A stretch of DNA of 64,000 nt from the NCBI RefSeq assembly GCF_009914755.1, contig NC_060926.1. One strand, 5' to 3'. Positions 47,901-64,000 of the stretch are shown one piece after another. Each line of letters opens with the position of its first letter. The first letter of the stretch is position 1. Position numbers and translations under genes: made by a program. A model generated the notes under the pieces. The model searched no databases, was not told the DNA's origin, and worked only from the letters and a program-made list of their open reading frames with translations. Source of the DNA: the human T2T-CHM13v2.0 reference genome, Homo sapiens.

Positions 47901-50415
47901 CATGTGTCTGAGTGTCCTCAGACAGTGGAATCCTTCCTTCACCTTACTGAGAGAGGCCAGCGCTGTTTTCATTTTGGAATTGGCAAAAGGCAAGTTTTCT
48001 CCTACAATGCTTTGAAAGGGTTTAATGCACACTGAAGAAACAGCCAGATAGCTCCAGCTCTGCTGGAAAGGGCAAAGACCCATTAAGCATCTGGAGTTTG
48101 GGTCCTGGGTTGTCACACTCTGTAATGACCATCTTGGAGGGTAAGACACTTGGCAGTGGGCATGTGAATTGGCTGGCATTTCCAGAGTCATCCTTACTGT
48201 TGGGCTATTGGGTGATAGCTAGTGGGTGATAGCTATTACATGAAGAAGATGCCTCTGTGAACTTAAATGTTGGTTCAGTGACTCACAGGCTCCAGGCAGA
48301 TTCATAGATGCTTTCATGTTTACTGATGCATTTTGTATTCTTAAGCTTCAGGAAGTAGTGTTAATTATTTATCTGGGTTTAACTACACTTTAATTTTTGT
48401 AAACTAAGTCCAGAGCGGTCTACATAGTAAAACCATAGATTCTCTTTTGTTTGATTTCTGTGAATTGCAGCAGTTTATGCCACAATTGTAGCCCTGTCCC
48501 CATTGTCACGAATCTATGTATCCTTCTGCTTCTATTCACTGTGTTCCAGAACCTATCACGGTGCACTGCAATACCTCATTCCTCACGAGTGCTCAGTTGG
48601 TATTTCTTGAAAGAATAGTTGCTTAACAGGGCATTCGATCATGATGGTGATCGTCATAAAGACACACGGGGCTGAAATCAAATTCAAAGAACTCACTTCT
48701 ACCAAAAGAGAAAGAACTGGTTTGTATAATATGTTTCAAAGTACAGAAGGTAGAAGGTACATCACCACCGTCCATCACGTGAAGGAGTAGAAAAAGTGGG
48801 ATGCCACAGTTGCGGCAGAGAATATCCAAAAGGAAAGGGTCCAAGTCAGACCGCTCACGTGGGTGGCAGCGTCCAAGTCCAGTTTGTACATTTCTGCATG
48901 GATGAGGTCTTTTCAAAGCACATACAGTTGTGTGATTTTTATTTCCCCAAGAAAAAATAAAAAGTTAAAGTCAGTCTAGTCAATTGCTTTAACACAAAGA
49001 GCAAACTGACACACAGTTTCCCTGGGCATTGCTACATATTCCTTGCTCTTCCGTAAAGGACACATGTGTCTCTGTGCCTCTCAGTCTCCCAGTTGCAAAG
49101 ATGCCATCCCAGGTCAAGCTGAGGTCCTTGCAAATGAACTGCATGCTGGAGATAAAGCGCCTACTAGGCTGCCGGGTACTGGCAGAAGAGAGTGAGCGTA
49201 GCAACTGGGAGGTGGCCTGATGGCCTGCGCCTGTTGCCGTTGATGAGACCCAAAGTCTGGAACGAATCTGGTTCCATATAGAGTTCATGCTCACCCCGAA
49301 GTCCTTCTTTGGCACTGGAGAACAAAGAAGAGTTTGCACAGAAGAAAAGGGAGGTTGTTTAACCAGAAAGGCCCTCTGCAAATTTCTGATTCCTGTACAG
49401 TCAGCATTAATATGCTGCTTTTCAGACATCCAAATGGGGGATTGAACTGTGAGAGTGCAGGCAATAAAGAGTGCATTTGTGGAATGATAACCTGACTGGC
49501 ATCCCTGCCTCTTGAATGGCTGACGAGGTCTAATTGGCATGTAACGCCCTATAAATTTATTAGCATGCCTCATTTCTCATTGGTGGACTTTCTACTGTTA
49601 ACCACCAAGAAATGACCAATTTTCAGGAGTTAGTCACTCAAGTCGTACTTATAACTAGGTTGGAAAAAAAAAAACTCACACTGCTCCTATTATAAATCAA
49701 CCTTATGCCTGTACAGCAGCTCCCTGGCTGCAAATGAATCCATCGGATACAGAAGTTTTGAGGTGAGTGGAGTTGCAGGGAGGAGCACGTGTTTACCAGG
49801 AAACCCACTGCTCTCCTCACCTTGCCCTGCGCGCCTGAGCCCTTCACAGAGACCGGCCGTGTCCTCACCCCTCTGTCACCATTGTGGGCTCCAGCTGCAC
49901 AGGCTGGGGATGGGCTGGGTAGAAATGGCAGTTTTGTGGTCGTTCGCACCCAGGACTTTGATGTTCCTACTGATATATTCAACCCTCAGGCGTACCATGC
50001 AAAGAGGACATAGCCACCCTCTTATTTCAAGAGCATGATAGAAATATTCAGAAGCAGACATAATTATTTCAATTACTTCTCTCTGGTTTTTGAGACGCAC
50101 ACTCAAGAGTCACAAATTAGAAAATAATATTCACATGTTTCTTCTAATTGGTAACAGATTAGAGGCATTTTATCTTTTTAAATAATTTCCAAATGTGCCC
50201 CAAAGAGACTGTGAAGGGAGGGAACAGAGGCATGGAAAAGCAAACGGGCTTTGCCAAGCGAGTGAGAGGCGGGGGTCGGAGGGAGGCCTTCCTCCTGCAG
50301 CGTGTTTCCAGTTGTTCGGATTTTTGTGTTATTTTCATCACTTTTGGATATTGAAAGCTAGCAGGGAGGGGGTCTTCCTGGTTATACGGCCCAGCTTGCA
50401 AACATAATCCTTCCT

Positions 50416-50757
50416 TGTTTTTCTTTTGTTGGTGGTGGTTGTGTTTGTTTTGTTTTTTGTTTTGTTTTGTTTTTTTGAGACAGAGTTTGGTTCTTGTTGC
50501 CCAGCCTGGAGTGCAGTGGCACGATCTTGGCTCACTGCAACCCCCGCCTCCCAGGTTCAAGCGATTCTCATGCCTCAGCCTCCTGAGTAGCTGGGATTAC
50601 AGGCATGCGCCACCATACCCGGCTAATTTTGCATTTTTAGTAGGGATGAGGTTTCACCATGTTGGCCAGGCTGGTGTCGACCTCCTGACCTCAGGTGATC
50701 TGCCCACCTCGGCCTCCCGAAGTGCTGGGTTGACAGGCGTGTGCCACCGCACCGGCC
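50416..50757 (-). mobile_element. AluS with (GTTTT)n tail
   Basis: Antisense Alu motifs. Confidence 0.92.
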
Positions 50758-51089
50758 GTAATCGTTCCTGGTAAGCACATTTCTGAACACATCAATCCGC
50801 TGCCTGCATGCCCTGTCCTTGGCCACGTGTTTTCTACACACGTGCATGCGTGTTTGCATATCTGCACGCATTTTTATGTCCAGTGTACTTCCAAAAACAG
50901 ATTTGAGTCATCTATGCCTGTCTCTCTGTGCAGCAACTTTGGAGGGGTGAAGACGGAGGTCGCTGCTAGTCCAGGTCGCCTGGGGCCCTGCCCTCTGACA
51001 CAGGGTATTTCAAGTTCCTCTAAATCCTGAGGGTCTCAACTGTTCCTTTTTCATAATGGAATTTGGTTTTATCAAATACTGTTTTTAAC

Positions 51090-52470
<1,381 letters not shown>

Positions 52471-52489
52471 GTTTAAAACAATCAAGCAA

Positions 52490-53435
52490 AATAAAAGGTG
52501 GCTTCCCTTAAAAGAATCAGGGCTCCTTGGAGAAATGGCTCATTCCAGATCTGGTTGAGAAGTAGGGAATGGCCCTGGAGCATCCTGCTGTGCCAGAAAG
52601 AAAGCACAGAGCTACCAGGGACCAGGGCAGATGCCGCAGACAGAAACAGGAGCGGCTCCAGGCCTCCCACTGGCCAAATCTGGAACAATTGAAGCATCTA
52701 AAAGAATAGTGTTGGTGGCAGTTTATGTGACACATTTAATTTTTAAACATGGGTCCACGACGATACTCCAGAAAGGCAGTGGGGGAGAAGCTCTTCTTTA
52801 TAAAAAATGCCAACCAGTAAACAGAGAGGATGAGGGAACTGGAAAATCTCTATCCCGCAACCAAAAACGTGATATTTTAATTGGTTCAGTCAAGGATCAT
52901 CAACTGAAGCTGCACCCCTGGGGGAGAGGAACAAAATATTCCGCCTCAAGGTGTCAGCCCAGGGAAACTGAAGCTGCACCCCTGGGAGGGGAGGAACAAG
53001 ATATTCCACCTCAAGGTGTCAGCCCAGGGATCACTTGGTCATTGTAAAGGGGGAAGGGACCTGGACAGAGACCTGGTGGCTCCTGCTTTAGCCACAGACT
53101 CAGACAGACTCGGTAGTGGAACAACTCACAGTCTGTGCCTCCTGCTGGTGATGCAAGGGAGACGTGGCACCTCTGTAGTAATATTTTGACCCAAATGGAA
53201 TCGGACAAACACAATTGGGGGCATTTTCCAATAGAAATAGCTTGAAATCCTCAAAATACCAATGTAAAGAAAGACCAAAAAGAAGAGTAGGGTTTGGAAG
53301 GGACTCTCACATGGGAGGAGGTATAAGAGGATGACCAAAGGCAACATATATCCTGGATTGGGAGAGAAATTCAGCCCTAGAACGTATTTTTGGATAATTT
53401 GGTGAAAACTGAATATGGACCACATATCAGTGGCT
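52490..53435 (+). mobile_element. L1MC3/4-like 3'UTR (probably resumes after 56914)
   Basis: agggctccttggagaaatggct...cccactggccaaatctggaacaattgaagcatc. Confidence 0.7.
52902..53030 (+). repeat. Tandem duplication of 64/65 bp
   Basis: aactgaagctgcacccctggg...cctcaaggtgtcagcccaggga at 52902-52965 and 52966-53030 with a few differences. Confidence 0.92.
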
Positions 53436-53895
53436 GCCTGCCAGTCATAATCATGAAAAACACAATCCCAAACACCATAATCCCAAGTATTGAAATCTCT
53501 CAAGTCTGAAATCCCCAAAATCACAATCCCAAAAAATCAAAATCCCAAAAATATAATCCTGGAAAAGATCATTTGAAAAATTACTTAAAAGGTATTTTTT
53601 GACATTTTTAAAGGGGGTTTCTCTGAGAAACATATAAAAACACAACAGAACACTTTTTAGAGCACTTTTCACAAATAGGCAATGATAACCTATATTTTTG
53701 CAAGCATAAACCCCAGGTGTACTAACAACAGTCATATGGCTGTAACAGGTACAAGCAGACTGTATTCATAGGTCAGAAATATATAAATGCATGTCACTGT
53801 GGTTGCTAATTATGGGCACTCAGCTGTATAACACCTGAAATACAGTGACGAACAACTTCAGTCTTTTGACAAGACTGATCAAAAGCTGTGATGGA

Positions 53896-56830
<2,935 letters not shown>

Positions 56831-57049
56831 TTTTATAGTAAAGTGCTTTACTTTTTTCAGCATTTGGGATTATGGTGTTTGGAATTGTGTCTTTCAGGAT
56901 TATGATCCAAACCCATGATAGGTAAAAATGTATTAATTTTAAGTTCTTTGGCTATAATAATGTGGGTCTTCAAAATGTGGGCTTGCAACTTGAGAGACTC
57001 ACACAGTGGCGTCTGTCTGAGGGAGCAAAGGAGCACCAGATTCTGGATT

Positions 57050-57960
<911 letters not shown>

Positions 57961-58016
57961 AACCGTCATACCGGTTTTTCAGATTCTGAACGTTTTATTC
58001 ATTTAAAATATTGTTG

Positions 58017-58635
<619 letters not shown>

Positions 58636-58887
58636 CTAAAAGCCCTTTCTAAAGGCCTCCAAACATCCTAGTGCGTAAGGACTAGATCCTTACTTCCTAG
58701 TGATGTAAGGACTAGAGGAAGGAGGCTAGTCCTAGGAGCAGACTAGCCCCACCTCCCCAGCGGGGGAGCCAGCAGGTAGGCTGCTGGGCAAGGACTTCAC
58801 TGCAAGGAGGGACAGGGTGGGGCGGGGGGACTTCCCAGTTATGTCAGGTTTCAAAATATATTTGGGGAATAAAAATAGGGTGCTTGG

Positions 58888-59297
<410 letters not shown>

Positions 59298-59474
59298 TCA
59301 GAATTGCCCTACAGATTCAAAACTGGCTTTCTGAGAACCTCACTATATGGTTTTTTATTGTTTCTCAGAGGATTTGGTGATATCTTTGCCACCAAGTGAC
59401 ACTTGAAAGCAGCTGGGCTCTCCAGGATCAGCTAGAGAATTTGAGGCCCATTTCAATTTTTATCAAGAATTTGA

Positions 59475-59920
<446 letters not shown>

Positions 59921-60259
59921 TCACCAAGAAGCTCAGCAGAGAGTTTTGATTTTGCATTATCAAAGTCAGTGACATTGAGCAAGTTAAACTCTGTGTCGAT
60001 GGTAGAAAATAAAACATCTGACCAGTTTCTGCCTCCTGATCCCATTAGTGATAGGTTTGGTGATTTTAATGAAAGAATTTCACTTAGCTTGTTAAATAAT
60101 AATGCTTTCCTTACTCTGGAGAATTAATTTATGTATTCATGATGAATCATTCTCATCAGCTTCCCAGCTACACAGCCAAACTTAGGGGGGAAAAACACCT
60201 AGTGGGTGTATAGATTTGACTCTGATATTTTTATTGTTTTTCAGGTTAAGATTAGTTGA

Positions 60260-60566
<307 letters not shown>

Positions 60567-61688
60567 TTAGTTGAGAAAGAAAACCCAACTGTTGTGCATT
60601 TGTTGGATTTTCTCTGGAAACGCCATCCAGTCTGTAATAAAATTTCAGTTGTCATTACCCTGGATGGAATTCATCTTGGCTGGAGTGAGTGGCTTCATGC
60701 AGGGCAACCCCACTGCAAAGAATGTGAGCATCAGCTAGGCTGACACAGGGGTCCGCAGACCCAGGCCCCTCATTCCATCAGTTTCTTTCAGCATGTTTCC
60801 ATGTTTTCATATTTTGAAAAAAGTCAAAATCCAAATTGATTTTCAATGTGTTTCCCTTTGGTTATTCCCCACTCCCATGCCTGTCCTCTCTTAAAATCTC
60901 TGTTGTTGGTACTGTTTGTTTTTGGCTGTTGGAACTGTTGTGATCCCCCACCACAAGCAGATTAAAAGGTATACCACATTAAGAAGACTCCTTATTGTTC
61001 CAAAGCAATGGTCCTATGTCTTTAAACAATAATATTACCACAGGCCGCAGTTCTTAAAGCCACTTGGCAGTTTTTATTGGAAGCCTACTTGGAGTTCTCT
61101 GCAGCTTTTTCTGAATGTGTCGCCGTGTCATAGCCTGCGACCTTCTCTTTCTCAGGTTTGACAGCCACTTAGCCAGCAAATCCCTGAGAAGCCACCGGCC
61201 TGAACTGGGCCCTCTGCAGTCACTCCGGCCTGTCCCCGCCTCTTCCGTGTGAGAAGAGCCTTGGCTGTTCCTCTCCCTGGTGTTTAAAGGGCGTCGGTGC
61301 ACGTACAGCGAGGGCTTACATCCACTTTACGGGATCCGGAGCGGAGGAAAAGGGCCATTTCTCTTCCCTTATCTGTTTATGATGCGATATGTTCCAAAGC
61401 CGATCACATCAGCCGCTGTTATGGTGAACGGAATTCACTGTGATGGCGGCTGCACCAGCAGAGCCGCCGTGGGCTTCATGCCACGTTACGCGGAGTCTAG
61501 GACGGCCTCACCCCGCTGGCTCGGGCTCCCTCTCACTGGGTACACATTTATCGGGATTTATGCTTTAAAACAGTAGTTCACATTTTTTCTAATGGTGAAG
61601 TACAGAAACTTCCATTCTGTGTGTGACTAGCATGGCTTAGCTATGTTTCTGTGCAAACATACTCACACACAGTTTCCAAATGAATTCA

Positions 61689-62368
<680 letters not shown>

Positions 62369-63196
62369 TTAAATGCCGAGTGGGTAAAACACGTCTGCAA
62401 GTGGAGAATGGCAGGAAGGGGCTCAGAGACACAATGAGACTTTGTGAGTTAAGGGGGTGTCACTGGCGATTTTTCCCGTAAACGTCCCGTGTTTTGTTGT
62501 GTTGTTTTACAACAGATTAGAAAATGGTGGGGAAATACTAAAAATAAAAATATGTCCGGCTGCTTCTGGAACATTCTGGATGTTTTGCCTTTCGCTAATA
62601 GTGTAACTTTTTTTTCAAAAGTCATTGTCTTAAAAGACTTCAAAATTGCTTTCTGTTCTCCCACCGCAAGCCCCCGCCCCACCTCTTGGCTCTGCCTATC
62701 CCCTCCCCTCCGGGGTTTCTGCCCACCCCCCACCCCCAGGCCTGGCCTCCTGGGTGCCACATCTCCAGGGCCCGACCCATTAATGGCCTGCATTCTGACC
62801 GTGACTCCCAGAAGACTCAGCCCCCTGCACAGCGCCTCCTCCCTGCTCCAGACAGCACATGTGTCGTGGAGGGGTCTCCCTCACCAAAACCAGCACCTCT
62901 GTCCCGTTCCATCCTCCGGCCTCACCTCCGCCCACTGCCTCCCAGAAAAAGGAAAAATCTCTACACCGAGGTCACTGGTCAGTCACCCCGGGTGCCAAGC
63001 TCTGCTGTTTCTAAAGGCATGGTCCCACCCATTGGTCACAAGCCCTGAGCACCCAGTTTGGGGCATGTTAGCCCCCAAGGGGGCAGCTGGGCTGGCTGGT
63101 CCTCATTTTGTTCACAGCCTGTGCAGTCTGACCCTGCTGGGCCACTCCCCGCCCCCCACCTCAGCACAGGCTCCATCTTTTTCTCCTGGGCCCCTT

Positions 63197-63207
63197 GTTT
63201 GTTTGTC

Positions 63208-63241
<34 letters not shown>

Positions 63242-63582
63242 CTTTCTTTTCTCTTTTTCCTTTCTTTCCTTTCTTTCTTTCTTTTCTTCTTTTTTTTCCC
63301 CCTGAGACAGAGTCTTGCTGTGTTGTCCAGAGCCGGAGTGCAATGGCGTGGTCTCGGCTCACAGTAACCTCCACCTCCTGGGTTCAAGCAGTTCTCCTGC
63401 CTCAGCCTCCCAAGTAGCTGGGATTATAGGCACCCACCACCACACCTGGCTAAATTTTTGTATTTAGTAGAGTTGGGGTTTCACCATGTTGGTCAGGCTG
63501 GTCTCGAACTCCTGACCTCGTGGTCTGCCAACCTCGGCCTCCCAAAGTGCTGAGATTACAGGCGTGAGCGACATGCCCAGCC
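63197..63582 (-). mobile_element. AluS with a ~105-bp (CTTT)-type expanded tail
   Basis: TSD tctcctgggcccctt at 63182-63196 and 63583-63597 brackets both Alu and tail. Confidence 0.93.
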
Positions 63583-64000
63583 TCTCCTGGGCCCCTTCTA
63601 GGCACCCCGCCATCCTGTCTGGCTCCTGTCCCCACCCTGCCCTGTGCGTTTACCAAGGGCTGACCCAGGCATTGAGCCACATGCACAACCGCCTTACGTC
63701 CTTACTATGTCCCTGAGATGTGGAGGGTTTTATCCCCTTTTTGCGGGTAGGGAAATTGAATATTCAAACCCAGGCCTGCAGCAATGTGAAACCTTAGGTA
63801 CTTCCCACTTGCATTTAGGTGGGGGGCCTTGGGCAGTGGGTCTGCCCCAGGAGCCCCGCAAGGCGGGAGGCCTGTGTAAAGGCCTGCAGGAAGAGGCTGA
63901 GGGCCCGCTCCAGCAGCCGGGGCGCTGGTAGGGCCAGGCCTGTTGGCTGCTGTGAGAGATACGCCACCAGGCCAGGCTGACATGGGCAGTTCCAGTTTCC

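Noticed and set aside
48623-49573. Possible processed pseudogene or hidden exon
   Set aside because: Translations show no recognisable protein, and no poly-A or TSD is visible.
62489-63367. 292-aa ORF (longest in the window)
   Set aside because: No recognisable domain; runs through C-rich sequence, a CTTT tract and an Alu; starts at a non-ATG codon.

Overview
Primate (almost certainly human) genomic DNA, about 99.5% intronic. Two internal + strand coding exons (501-591 and 8786-9008) splice in frame and encode the ArfGAP zinc finger (CVDC-x16-CIEC, then SGIHR). The peptide is recognisable as AGAP1/CENTG2 (2q37, neighbour of GBX2). Everything after 9008 is one intron of more than 55 kb whose next exon lies outside the window. 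The window holds roughly 45-50 Alu copies or fragments, old L1M/L2/MIR pieces, MER5/MER20/MER33 DNA transposons, MLT1/MLT2 LTRs and a Ricksha-like MULE transposon (53.4-56.9 kb) with TIRs and a decayed transposase. Two Alu-free blocks (7.65-16.8 kb and 45.0-50.4 kb) are rich in homeodomain/TALE/TCF motifs and look like developmental enhancers. The most notable observations are a candidate 32-nt poison microexon that would split the zinc finger, a 19-bp G.U-biased hairpin in a CpG-rich patch, a 5'-inverted (twin-priming-type) Alu, and an inverted second copy of the transposase catalytic segment inside the Ricksha element. I see no evidence of a novel multi-gene system. Nearly all listed ORFs are Alu-derived or chance ORFs. 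Repeat boundaries and subfamilies were judged by eye and are approximate.
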